Part shown: one piece after another, positions 1 to 9,122 of the stretch
Numbering within the stretch: position 1 is the first letter of the stretch
How the letters are laid out: every line of letters begins with the position of its first letter
Virus record (IMG/VR): IMGVR_UViG_3300033076_000414
Coordinates: 1-24,096 of that record
Reading direction: 5' to 3' (one strand)
DNA: 24,096 bases
Origin: a virus
Taxonomy: Duplodnaviria > Caudoviricetes
Notes under the pieces: generated by a model
Seen by the model: the letters and a program-made list of their open reading frames with translations, nothing else
What the model was told of the DNA's origin: nothing
The model's database searches: none
Translations under genes and position numbers: made by a program

Positions 1-89
1 CCTTCGAATTGTTTGATTCTTTGTTTGCGTTTTGTAATAAACGCTTGAGGGTTTGACGGCTGATTTACCGTCCAAATTGATTGTTTCAT
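1..89 (-). CDS. Hypothetical protein, 5' part only (runs off the window start)
   Basis: ATG at 89-87 opens MKQSIWTVNQPSNPQAFITKRKQRIKQFE.. with no stop before the edge; preceded by AAATAAGGAA and an upstream promoter-like element. Not in the ORF track. Confidence 0.7.
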   Translation of the reverse strand, partial: MKQSIWTVNQPSNPQAFITKRKQRIKQFE

Positions 90-194
90 TTCCTTATTTT
101 ATTTTAATTGTTATTTAATTCGTTATTCGATGGTATTTCTCCATCTCAAATGCCTCAAAGGACACTAACGTATTAACCACAAGGTTTTCTATAT

Positions 195-226
195 TAAATA
201 TACGAAATTATTTTTTTATTTCCAAA
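195..226 (-). promoter_or_regulatory. Bacteroidota-type sigmaA promoter (-33 TTTG, 20 bp spacer, -7 TATATTTA)
   Basis: Minus strand: TTTG (226-223), 20 nt, TATATTTA (202-195); one mismatch to TAnnTTTG; same geometry as the element at 22715-22746. Confidence 0.6.
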
Positions 227-637
227 TTATTCTTCAAACCATTCATTTGGAATAACTTTATCCGCATATTTGAATCCATTTTTATCACACCAATCCGCAT
301 AAGTAGTTTTTGAATTTTTACTTATTTTATTTTTTGAATTAGAAAATACGAAACGTATATCTAAATGCGGATTTTGCTGTTTTACCAATAAATGCTTTTT
401 TCTATCTGCGGCAAGAAATCTACCCTTTGTTTCCACAAATATACCATTTGGTAACTTAAAATCAGGATTATAAGTGTGATTGGAAGCAGGAACTATATAT
501 GAAACCTTTTCAGATTCATATTTAACTTCAATTCCCTTTGCTTCAATTTGTATTGAAATATTTTCTTCAAGCCCAGATTTAAATCCGTACTTTCTAGCAA
601 CCCAGCTGCTAGATTTCTTTGTAACTTTTTTAGCCAT
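227..637 (-). CDS. T7 endonuclease I-like Holliday junction resolvase
   Basis: FKSGLEENIS, YIVPASNHTYNPDFKLPNGIFVETKG (PD..ExK), DRKKHLL, LDIRFVF and YADKVIPNEW closely track T7 gp3. Confidence 0.93.
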   Translation of the reverse strand: MAKKVTKKSSSWVARKYGFKSGLEENISIQIEAKGIEVKYESEKVSYIVPASNHTYNPDFKLPNGIFVETKGRFLAADRKKHLLVKQQNPHLDIRFVFSNSKNKISKNSKTTYADWCDKNGFKYADKVIPNEWFEE

Positions 638-642
638 TAAAA

Positions 643-855
643 TTATTTTGTTCCTATTGTTTCGGAATATTTCTTTGAATTTATTTCACCACCTCTACCT
701 GATTTGAATTTAGTAGCAGTTAAAACTTGCTCATCTGCTTTTTTCAAATCATTAGTTGTATATGGAGTTTTTGCATTAACGTTTGCATCGAATGAAATTT
801 TATCAACTCCTAATGCTGCTTTTTGTGCGTTGTATAAATCTAAAATTTTTGACAT
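643..855 (-). CDS. Small hypothetical protein (70 aa), probably late-expressed
   Basis: Fits the gap on the coding strand; ATG/TAA; preceded by the ATATTTAT motif. Confidence 0.7.
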   Translation of the reverse strand: MSKILDLYNAQKAALGVDKISFDANVNAKTPYTTNDLKKADEQVLTATKFKSGRGGEINSKKYSETIGTK

Positions 856-872
856 GTCAATTAATGTTTAAT

Positions 873-880
873 ATAAATAT
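873..880 (-). promoter_or_regulatory. Candidate phage late promoter ATATTTAT
   Basis: Intergenic octamer 17 nt upstream of the ATG at 855; recurs in four other gaps. Confidence 0.55.
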
Positions 881-883
881 AAA

Positions 884-2056
884 TTATGTATCGAAACGAA
901 TAATAAAGTTAATAGGAATATCTGGTTCCGATTTAATAGGTTGTGGTAATTTAGCAACAGCCACCAAATCCATATCTTCATCATATAAACCAATTGTAGT
1001 AATAAATGGTGATAAGAATGAGCCTGTTGAATCAATTGAACCACTTAAATCATAATGTTCAAATCCAGCGAATGTTGATGAATTAACTGAAGATGTATAT
1101 CTGAAATCTAAAACGTTTCCGTTATCTAATGTAGTTTTTTTACGAATATATTTTATTCCAGGATTTGTAGTTACATTGTATATTTTTCCATCAGAACCAG
1201 TTACATATGATACTTCTTTTTTAACTTCAACGATTGCTGATGGGTTTTGTGAAACATTGAATTCATCCTTATTTACAACAAGAAGATATTCGTGTTCGTA
1301 AATAGTTTCGGTTGATTTATATGATAAATTCCAACTCGATGTAAAATGAGATTCTGCATATTTTGTTATTACAAATAAACCATTTGCATAAAATATATTT
1401 CCAATTTTACTAACAGAACCAGGTCCTTCTAAAAATGGAATATTATCTACAATCATTCTACTATTTTCGTTATCATAACTAACGATGTGCATATCATAAT
1501 CTTCACCATTATAACGAAGATTGAATGTACCTTGTACTAAATCAAAATCTCCAATAGATGTTTGAAATGATGCAGTATATGATGCAGATGCAATATCTAC
1601 AAACTGAATAACGTTTGTTTGAATATCAATTTTTTCAATTACAATAGTATCACCCGTTGCATCAATAAGATTACCATACTTATCATCTATGTATGTTTTA
1701 TCACCATCATCAACTAAAACAACAGAACCTTTTTTTATACCCTCACCAACATATATTTGCGGAACTGCAATTACCTTTGCGTTATCAGAAATAAATCTAT
1801 CCATACTAACCGGATTGGCATCGTATGTGTTTCTAATATCGCCTACTCTTAAAATTGGATTAAATTCATTTCCATTATAGAATTGAGCTCTTAATTGACC
1901 ATATAATGAATTTTTAGGAATTCCATTTGTTAATTCTGATGATGATATATTTGCTTCTAATATACTAACTTCAGTAGAACTTTGGTTAAAATTCCATTCT
2001 TTATATGCCTTAAAAGGCCTAATACTAATATCAGATTTAGGTATTCGTTTCAACAT
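884..2056 (-). CDS. Virion structural protein (baseplate/tail associated), paralog of 2137..3381
   Basis: Start moved from 2113 to ATG 2056 (MLKRIPKSD) because the extension overlaps a terminator and promoter motif. C-terminal ITTIGLYDEDMDLVAVAKLPQPI resembles the tail-collar/DUF3751 C-terminal motif. Confidence 0.7.
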   Translation of the reverse strand: MLKRIPKSDISIRPFKAYKEWNFNQSSTEVSILEANISSSELTNGIPKNSLYGQLRAQFYNGNEFNPILRVGDIRNTYDANPVSMDRFISDNAKVIAVPQIYVGEGIKKGSVVLVDDGDKTYIDDKYGNLIDATGDTIVIEKIDIQTNVIQFVDIASASYTASFQTSIGDFDLVQGTFNLRYNGEDYDMHIVSYDNENSRMIVDNIPFLEGPGSVSKIGNIFYANGLFVITKYAESHFTSSWNLSYKSTETIYEHEYLLVVNKDEFNVSQNPSAIVEVKKEVSYVTGSDGKIYNVTTNPGIKYIRKKTTLDNGNVLDFRYTSSVNSSTFAGFEHYDLSGSIDSTGSFLSPFITTIGLYDEDMDLVAVAKLPQPIKSEPDIPINFIIRFDT

Positions 2057-2063
2057 ATCACAT

Positions 2064-2071
2064 ATAAATAT
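2064..2071 (-). promoter_or_regulatory. Candidate phage late promoter ATATTTAT
   Basis: Lies between the terminator (2082-2108) and the ATG at 2056. Confidence 0.55.
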
Positions 2072-2081
2072 CTTATTAATG

Positions 2082-2108
2082 AAAAACCCAATCCTTTCAG
2101 ATTGGGCT
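2082..2108 (-). terminator. Rho-independent terminator
   Basis: Minus strand CCCAATC-TGAAAG-GATTGGG (7 bp stem) followed by TTTTT, ~30 nt downstream of the 414 aa gene stop. Confidence 0.85.
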
Positions 2109-2136
2109 ATCATTTTCTATTATTTGTTTTCTCTGA

Positions 2137-3381
2137 TTAAAAGTCTAATTTAACTTTAATTGAAATTTCTTTATCGAAAGATTTTTCAATTGGTTTAGAT
2201 GTTTTAGCTACTGCTAACAATTCATTTGCATCATTATATAAACCAACAGTTGTAACATATACATGTGGGTCTTTTTCAAAAGATGTGTTTACAAATTGTC
2301 CAACTGAACCAGTTACGAATGTTGGGTTATTTGAGAAGTTAAATTCTCTATTGTTTGCTCTTACAAAGTAGTGAGATGTAGAAACATTTTCAGTTCTTCT
2401 CGCTTGGAAATCAGAACCACTATCCAATGCTTTTAACAATGCTACACCACCATAGTTAGGGCTTCCGTTTATATGGTATATACCAGCTGCTGAAGATGTT
2501 GCTGCTGCTAATGTTCCACCAACACTTGCACTCAATGCGGTTGGGTTTAATAAAATAATACCCATATCAGGATAGAATAAACCAAATCCTTGTTTTGTGT
2601 AAGTATCACTATATTGTGCAATTGATGCAGTTGCAGCAGTTCCAATATTTAAAGAACCACTTACCATATTGTAAACTCTACCTGCGGCAGTTACATTTTC
2701 ATCAGTTGCTCCAGAATCATCAATCAATACTACTTCACCGGCAGTACCTTTTAATTTAATTGAAATATTACCTGGGTCTAATCTTTCTTTGTATCTAGCT
2801 CTATTGATATTAATCACATAGAAGTTTCTTAAATCGTATGCTGCTGGCGTTGAACCACTATACACACTAAATAAAGCATCAGATGAATCTAACAATACGT
2901 TTTTGTATTGATTATAAGTAGCAATTGTAGGTAAAGTAGAGCTATCACTTTGAGTTAAAGTAGGTGCTCCAAATCCATCAATATCACCATATGCAATTGA
3001 GAATTGAACCTCCGATGCTTCTGATGAAGTTAATCCGTTATATACATCGATATAGTATTTACCACTTGTAGATGCAACTTGTGCAGAAGATGTAAATGAT
3101 GAACTTGGGTCTAATGAACCAGTATCACCACTCCAAATTCCTGAAGTTACAATTTCAGTTCTATTTGTTACTTTATCGATTGCACCAAATTTTTTGTAAA
3201 TACCATTACTGATTGCAGTACTATCTGAATTTACTTGTTCACCACTTCCTAAAAATTGGTTTAAAATTCTTACCAATTCGTTGGTATCAACGGGAGTACC
3301 AGCGGTATTCGCAGCTGATGCTAAATACTGCGAAATATTGCTTGCTAAAAGGGCTCCTCTATTATCTCTAATTATTGCCAT
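2137..3381 (-). CDS. Virion structural protein (414 aa; baseplate/tail associated)
   Basis: Ser/Thr/Gly/Ala-rich, beta-type composition; C-terminal VTTVGLYNDANELLAVAKTSKPIEK; located in the baseplate block. Confidence 0.7.
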   Translation of the reverse strand: MAIIRDNRGALLASNISQYLASAANTAGTPVDTNELVRILNQFLGSGEQVNSDSTAISNGIYKKFGAIDKVTNRTEIVTSGIWSGDTGSLDPSSSFTSSAQVASTSGKYYIDVYNGLTSSEASEVQFSIAYGDIDGFGAPTLTQSDSSTLPTIATYNQYKNVLLDSSDALFSVYSGSTPAAYDLRNFYVININRARYKERLDPGNISIKLKGTAGEVVLIDDSGATDENVTAAGRVYNMVSGSLNIGTAATASIAQYSDTYTKQGFGLFYPDMGIILLNPTALSASVGGTLAAATSSAAGIYHINGSPNYGGVALLKALDSGSDFQARRTENVSTSHYFVRANNREFNFSNNPTFVTGSVGQFVNTSFEKDPHVYVTTVGLYNDANELLAVAKTSKPIEKSFDKEISIKVKLDF

Positions 3382-3389
3382 ATCTTATA

Positions 3390-4013
3390 TTATTGAACGT
3401 ATGTTACGGTTACAGGAATAGTTTGTGAACCACCCGTTTCGTTACCATAAACAGTTATAGTTGTTTTGATAGTCGAAGTTAAAGATGGGTTTGGAATGAA
3501 TTTAAAAGTTAAACCTTTAGCGATTGCTGCTGTTGCAGAAACATCATCACCAATGAACACAGGTACTGAACCTATATCAGATGATACTCCTTCACCAATA
3601 ATATCACCAGCGTTTTTATTTGATAAAACAATAGTGTATCCTATTGTTCTATTACCAGCCGGAGATGTGGTTGGAGATAATGCAACTTCACCACTCTTTT
3701 GATTTACCGAAATGTTAGGAACACCAAATTCAACAACAGGAATTCTAGTTGTATTTTTTGGTAAAGTTACTAACTTATATTTCATCACTTGAGTTTCATC
3801 AGGATTAGCTTCTAATACTGGCATATTTTTAATTGCCGCATCGTAATAAGCTGAACCTAATGGGTGAGCTGGTTCGTATAATGTGTAATCAATCTCATCA
3901 TCTGCTAATGCAAATTGAGTGATGTTTAAACCTTGTCCTGCTGCTAATTTTTCTCTACCTTTTTTGGTTAAGATAGCATCCACAGTTAATTCGGTATTAC
4001 TTAAATATCCCAT
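3390..4013 (-). CDS. Virion structural protein (207 aa) with tail-collar/fibre-base-like N-terminus
   Basis: AILTKKGREKLAAGQGLNITQFALADDE resembles the N-terminus of P2 gpH/DUF3751; ends in an Ig-like strand pattern (TTITVYGNETGGSQTIPVTV). Confidence 0.7.
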   Translation of the reverse strand: MGYLSNTELTVDAILTKKGREKLAAGQGLNITQFALADDEIDYTLYEPAHPLGSAYYDAAIKNMPVLEANPDETQVMKYKLVTLPKNTTRIPVVEFGVPNISVNQKSGEVALSPTTSPAGNRTIGYTIVLSNKNAGDIIGEGVSSDIGSVPVFIGDDVSATAAIAKGLTFKFIPNPSLTSTIKTTITVYGNETGGSQTIPVTVTYVQ

Positions 4014-4037
4014 AATGTATTTTTATATCGTTTGTTA

Positions 4038-4045
4038 ATAAATAT
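4038..4045 (-). promoter_or_regulatory. Candidate phage late promoter ATATTTAT
   Basis: Intergenic, 24 nt upstream of the ATG at 4013. Confidence 0.55.
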
Positions 4046-4063
4046 AATTATTTTAGAAATCCG

Positions 4064-7000
4064 TTAATCAACTTCCAATATTGGTTCATCTGCACCTCTA
4101 TTAGCTTTATTAACTTTCAATGTATTTGGATTTGTAACAAATGTTTCAACAGGAGGAGTACCATCCAATGTAGTTGCCGCAGTATTTTTACTACCCAAAT
4201 AGTATGAATTTCTTAATCCGGTTGTTAAATCAGATGTATTTCTATAATGCGTTGGTAAATAACCATTCAATGGTTTTACTTCAACAATACTTCCCGTTCC
4301 AGCGTTTATAACTTTTGAGCCGGAGAATGGTTGTATGTTTAATTTAGTTTCATAATAAATAGAAGATGTAACATGGTATCCACCTCTAGCATCACCTTGT
4401 CCATTTATTACAACATTATATGCTAAAACATCTCTTTGCTTTTGTTCTTTAATTAAATCAACTTTTATTCTTTCTTTAACAATTACGTTCTCAGCGTTGA
4501 AATAAGTTCTAATTGCATATCCATTTTGTGCATATATACCAAATCCTACTTCTTCATATGGAGTCTGTCCAACAACGTTCATCATATCATATATCTGAAC
4601 TTCACTTAATATAGTAGGGTTATCCAAATTTGATTTTATAGAAACTTCCTCTTGGTAATTTTCTGCAATCGTTTTTGTATTTTCTATATATTCATATGTA
4701 GCATCTTGTTGATAGCTATCGGATATAATTTGTTCATTAGAAGTACTATCTATCAAAGCATCATATTGTTGATTTTCACCATTCAATAATTGCTCATTTG
4801 CTGTATTCAATACTATATCAAACTGCTGATTTTCAGCTAAAGTTGTAGTTGTATCTGAATAATTTATAGATACTTCTTGTTGATAATCATCTCCCGTTGG
4901 TTTTTTATGCTGTACCTTACTTCTTTCTAAAAAGTGCGGTTCAATTAATAAACCAGTAGTTGCTTTAACTCTAGCCGGCAACATCTTCTTAATATCTTCA
5001 AACATTGATTTCTCATATAGTTTGATTAAGTTGATGTATGAGTAGATATCTTTATTTTTGAATCTTTTAAAATAGTAATGTCTTAAACTATCCAAAGATT
5101 TGTAATTTGAGTTGTATCTATCAGATGGGTCACCAATGTAGTTATCTAAATTGATTCCACCAAATGATTTGGCAATATCAATATTCAACTCTTTTGTAGG
5201 AGAGAAGAATAAACCAACTCTATTAGAATCGGTTGGCGATTGGTCAAATGCTTTTACAGTCGCTCTACTTTTAGCAGATAAATCTGAAATTAGTGTTTGC
5301 TCTTCAAATCTAACTTTATTAGTTGAGTAACGAGATGAACCAACATTTGGCATATCCATTATCACACTTCTATCAATCGCTTCAAATTGATATGGATATG
5401 TTTCTATGTTATCAAATCCATATGCACTTGCTGATAATAATGGTGTTATATTATTTGAATATAAACTAGCTGTTGTACCATTTTCATAATCATTTCTAGT
5501 CAATCCATCTTCAAAATAAATGTTAGTATCAACGTTAATAAGTGATGATGAATATGCTAAATTTTTAGGATATTCAAAATCTAAACGGAAATACAAATCA
5601 TTCGTTGAAGATAATGTATTATTACCATTAATCATTTCTGGGAATGAAACGTGTTCGTAAAATACATCCGTATTTAATACATCAGACCATAAACGGAACT
5701 CATCTATACTACCACTATAATTTCCACCCAATTTAATATATGAACCATTATTCCAATTTGTTGTATGACTACCACTAATTGTTTCTTCAAATAATGTTCT
5801 ATCTTTATTAGATTGTCTTAATGATAATTGTAATCCATTAGAACCACTACTGATTGCTACTCCGAAGAATGAACCATTATATATTGGTAATAATGTTGAT
5901 TCTATTTTAGATGAACCAGAATAGTAAAATTGTACTTTACCATAATCGCTTGTTAAAGAGCCGCTTGTTTGTAAACTCCAACCACTACCAGAAACAATAG
6001 TATATGTACTATTTGATTTAGTTGGTTTCATAAATAATTCAATGGTATTTGGTTTTGTACCTTTATCGGTAGTTTTCCATTCCATCTCAACATATGAACC
6101 AGAACTCATTTTCAATGCGGTTGATATGTTATCAAATTCGTATTTAGATTTTGATGAATCCGTTACTTCCGGTCCTCCAAATTCTATAATAGATAAATTT
6201 GATGATGGGATACCATAACAAGCTAATAATGCATAAATTCCTTTTCGAGTACCTTTATTTTTTAATAGATATGGTAAGTTATTTACAATTCTTTTCCATA
6301 CCTCATTTGTTCTTTTTTTAGCAGGGTTTGTTTCTACTATATTACCTTCTGAATCTTGTCCAAATACATACTTCCATAAATTTGAATCAGCTGCAAGATT
6401 TTGTGCATCCCAACCAAATGATTTTAAAGTATCATACAATAATCTATCAGACATTTGATTTGAAGAATTGTATCCCAAACCTCTACTTCTTTCAATAGCT
6501 TTAGTATAATAGTAAATATTATCGAAATGCTGACCTATCATTGATAAAAACAACAAGTATTGGTCGTTTTCTTCATTATTTACAATATATTGTGGTATAT
6601 TGTTTTGAACCCAGTTTGAGTTTTGTACATCATAATCTTCAGCTAAAGTTATTATATTATCATACCAATTGGATACAACAATATTAGATGATTCCACTCT
6701 AGTAGTACCAACATATGGCCAACTTAATGAAGATGATGTATATAAGAATTTTTCAAATCCATCAAATCCATTTACTAATTGGTCTTTTTTAATTTGTTGC
6801 TTTTCTCTTTCTTGTTTAGCAGATAGAGATGATGTATGATTCAATCCAGTCGGATTATAATAAGATGCGGAAATTGATTGCTCATAAACTTCAATCAATT
6901 GAACTTTATACACAAAATTATCAACTCTTTCTTTGGCAGAACTAAAGTGAACAAAATTATTCCACAAATAAGTTGAACCATCGGTATATTCAATATTTAA

Positions 7001-9088
7001 GTCCGTTGTATCATTAAAAGATGAACTCAAATATTGAGATACTAATTGAGATGAGCTTGAAACTGAAGCACTTAAAATCAAAGTATCCAATGATTCAAAG
7101 TTTGTAGATTCCCCAGTTATAAAATCTATATCTAAATTGAAATTTGGTCCTTTTAATGGAGGACATTTTAAATTATCTTGTTCGGTTAATACAACAGTCT
7201 CAACTAATGGATTAGCCATCATTTTTGTAATCCAGAATGTTGAATTATTTGTTATATTAGCTGATAGAGGAGAATATAATTTTAAAATCAATGATTTAAC
7301 TACATCCTCATCTTTAACAAATACATTACCTAATTCATCTTCTGATTTTTTAGATAAAGTCCAATTATCTTCTTCCCAACTTGAGATTAAGAATTGATTA
7401 TCATCGCCAAAATTAGCTAAATGAGTTAAGTATTTACTTTCCTTTTCAGGCTCAATTATTTGTAAAGATTGTGCAAATGATTCAAATAAAGCATTACTAA
7501 TCATATTCTCATCCAAATAAATTGATGGAATATTTAATTTTGTAGTTATTTCGTAATCATTTCCTATTAATTCTTCCGCACCACCTCTATTAAAAGGTTT
7601 AAATTTAATAGTAATGTTATCACTTCCCTCCCAATCTTTATAATCTTCTCTTAATTTTTTTAAATTTATTTTTAGAGAGCCGTTGGATGGTAATGAGTTT
7701 ATAAATGGAACATAATTACCATTTTTTAATTTTAAAAACGAATCAACATTCGTAGTAGAATATGATGTATAAGTTATTTCATATTCTAAATTAAAATCAG
7801 AAAATGCAGGCACATCTAAATTATCTATTGCTATTATTTCAGTAATAGACGGATAATCGTTTACAGATGTGTATGTTACTAATATTTCTTTTCTTTCGCC
7901 TGTACCATATGAATTACTATATGGAACTATTATTATTTTTTTAATTCCATATTCTTCTGCAAAATCTTTTTTGAAATAAATTTTGAAAAGTTTATCAGAA
8001 GCAGGTACATCTATTGTTTTGGTTTCGGAAAGATATATTCTTATGAAATCAGTATTTTCTGAAATAAAAGGAATTGCTAATTCTTTTTCTACATCCGATT
8101 CTTTTACAAATACATTAAATTTACTATCACCTAATGTAATTGTAGGTGCAGAAACTTTTATTTCTTTTTGTAATTTAACTAAAACAATTATACTTTCACC
8201 CAACGAAGATGCTGGCAATGAGAAAGCATAATTTTGTTTATTTAATTTATCGTATTGTATTTCTAAATTAGTTCCGGCATTTTTAGTTAAACCAGAAAAT
8301 ATACCAACTAAAGAATATCCATCAGGTAAATTACCATTTACTTGGAAGTTTACCTTACCACCATTTAAAACGTTTCTACTTATTTGACCCGTTTTTGAAT
8401 TTTTTGTAGCTATTGTATTAGAGTCGATGATTAAATCATCCGATGATACAATATCATATTTTAAAGATAACGCATTTCCAATTTCATTATCAAAATTAGA
8501 ACCAAATACAATTTCATAATTTATGTTTGGATTTGGAGTTGTTATCGTATCTATCACTGTTGGTGCAGGAGCAGGTGCTGGTTCTACAACCGGTATAGTT
8601 GGTATCACAACTGAATCAATAAAAAATTCTAAAGTATATGTACCAAATGTTGAATTAAAAGTTTTAGGACTAGAAGGAACATCATTTATAAATTCAGTTA
8701 TTCTAACTCCTTCGGTTTGAACGTTATTATAATCAATAATAGAAATTATAGTTACTTCAAATCTACTTAAAACTCTTCCAGATGTAGTTTTTGCAGTAAA
8801 AACTCTTTTAGAACCAAACGATGTTGATGGATTATATGCAATAGTAACAGATGTACCAATACCATAAGATACGCCATCAGCAAAGAATTCTGCCGATTCT
8901 CCATTGTTTGTTTTTAAATAAAAATTTAATGGATTAGAAGTTGTAACGGCAGTAGTTTGTACAAATGGTGGATTATTCGTTCCACCTCCACCACCTCCAG
9001 TAGCTTGCGCATCATTTATAACTCCTATCGGCATACCATTGGCATCAATAGTAGGGTAATCATAAAGTTGTTCTATTGCTTTCTCCAA
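4064..9088 (-). CDS. Large baseplate wedge-like protein (P2 gpI-like motif plus LamG/ConA-like domain)
   Basis: 1674 aa, TTG start. WKRIVNNLPYLLKNKGTRKGIYALLACYG is the tail protein I type motif; TIELFMKP...IKLGGNYSGSIDEFRLWSDVL fits the LamG-like fold; Gly and Pro linkers near the N-terminus. Confidence 0.75.
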   Translation of the reverse strand: MEKAIEQLYDYPTIDANGMPIGVINDAQATGGGGGGTNNPPFVQTTAVTTSNPLNFYLKTNNGESAEFFADGVSYGIGTSVTIAYNPSTSFGSKRVFTAKTTSGRVLSRFEVTIISIIDYNNVQTEGVRITEFINDVPSSPKTFNSTFGTYTLEFFIDSVVIPTIPVVEPAPAPAPTVIDTITTPNPNINYEIVFGSNFDNEIGNALSLKYDIVSSDDLIIDSNTIATKNSKTGQISRNVLNGGKVNFQVNGNLPDGYSLVGIFSGLTKNAGTNLEIQYDKLNKQNYAFSLPASSLGESIIVLVKLQKEIKVSAPTITLGDSKFNVFVKESDVEKELAIPFISENTDFIRIYLSETKTIDVPASDKLFKIYFKKDFAEEYGIKKIIIVPYSNSYGTGERKEILVTYTSVNDYPSITEIIAIDNLDVPAFSDFNLEYEITYTSYSTTNVDSFLKLKNGNYVPFINSLPSNGSLKINLKKLREDYKDWEGSDNITIKFKPFNRGGAEELIGNDYEITTKLNIPSIYLDENMISNALFESFAQSLQIIEPEKESKYLTHLANFGDDNQFLISSWEEDNWTLSKKSEDELGNVFVKDEDVVKSLILKLYSPLSANITNNSTFWITKMMANPLVETVVLTEQDNLKCPPLKGPNFNLDIDFITGESTNFESLDTLILSASVSSSSQLVSQYLSSSFNDTTDLNIEYTDGSTYLWNNFVHFSSAKERVDNFVYKVQLIEVYEQSISASYYNPTGLNHTSSLSAKQEREKQQIKKDQLVNGFDGFEKFLYTSSSLSWPYVGTTRVESSNIVVSNWYDNIITLAEDYDVQNSNWVQNNIPQYIVNNEENDQYLLFLSMIGQHFDNIYYYTKAIERSRGLGYNSSNQMSDRLLYDTLKSFGWDAQNLAADSNLWKYVFGQDSEGNIVETNPAKKRTNEVWKRIVNNLPYLLKNKGTRKGIYALLACYGIPSSNLSIIEFGGPEVTDSSKSKYEFDNISTALKMSSGSYVEMEWKTTDKGTKPNTIELFMKPTKSNSTYTIVSGSGWSLQTSGSLTSDYGKVQFYYSGSSKIESTLLPIYNGSFFGVAISSGSNGLQLSLRQSNKDRTLFEETISGSHTTNWNNGSYIKLGGNYSGSIDEFRLWSDVLNTDVFYEHVSFPEMINGNNTLSSTNDLYFRLDFEYPKNLAYSSSLINVDTNIYFEDGLTRNDYENGTTASLYSNNITPLLSASAYGFDNIETYPYQFEAIDRSVIMDMPNVGSSRYSTNKVRFEEQTLISDLSAKSRATVKAFDQSPTDSNRVGLFFSPTKELNIDIAKSFGGINLDNYIGDPSDRYNSNYKSLDSLRHYYFKRFKNKDIYSYINLIKLYEKSMFEDIKKMLPARVKATTGLLIEPHFLERSKVQHKKPTGDDYQQEVSINYSDTTTTLAENQQFDIVLNTANEQLLNGENQQYDALIDSTSNEQIISDSYQQDATYEYIENTKTIAENYQEEVSIKSNLDNPTILSEVQIYDMMNVVGQTPYEEVGFGIYAQNGYAIRTYFNAENVIVKERIKVDLIKEQKQRDVLAYNVVINGQGDARGGYHVTSSIYYETKLNIQPFSGSKVINAGTGSIVEVKPLNGYLPTHYRNTSDLTTGLRNSYYLGSKNTAATTLDGTPPVETFVTNPNTLKVNKANRGADEPILEVD

Positions 9089-9102
9089 AGTAATTGTTTA
9101 TT

Positions 9103-9110
9103 ATAAATAT
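9103..9110 (-). promoter_or_regulatory. Candidate phage late promoter ATATTTAT
   Basis: Intergenic, 14 nt upstream of the TTG at 9088. Confidence 0.55.
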
Positions 9111-9122
9111 TTTATTTTAATA

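Noticed and set aside
2057-2113. N-terminal extension MIAQSERIGFF.. of the 409 aa ORF
   Set aside because: It overlaps the terminator hairpin and the promoter motif; ATG 2056 is the better start.
872-9109. TATAAATA on the plus strand as true T4 late promoters
   Set aside because: They would fire antisense to all genes; their position just upstream of minus-strand starts favours the reverse reading.
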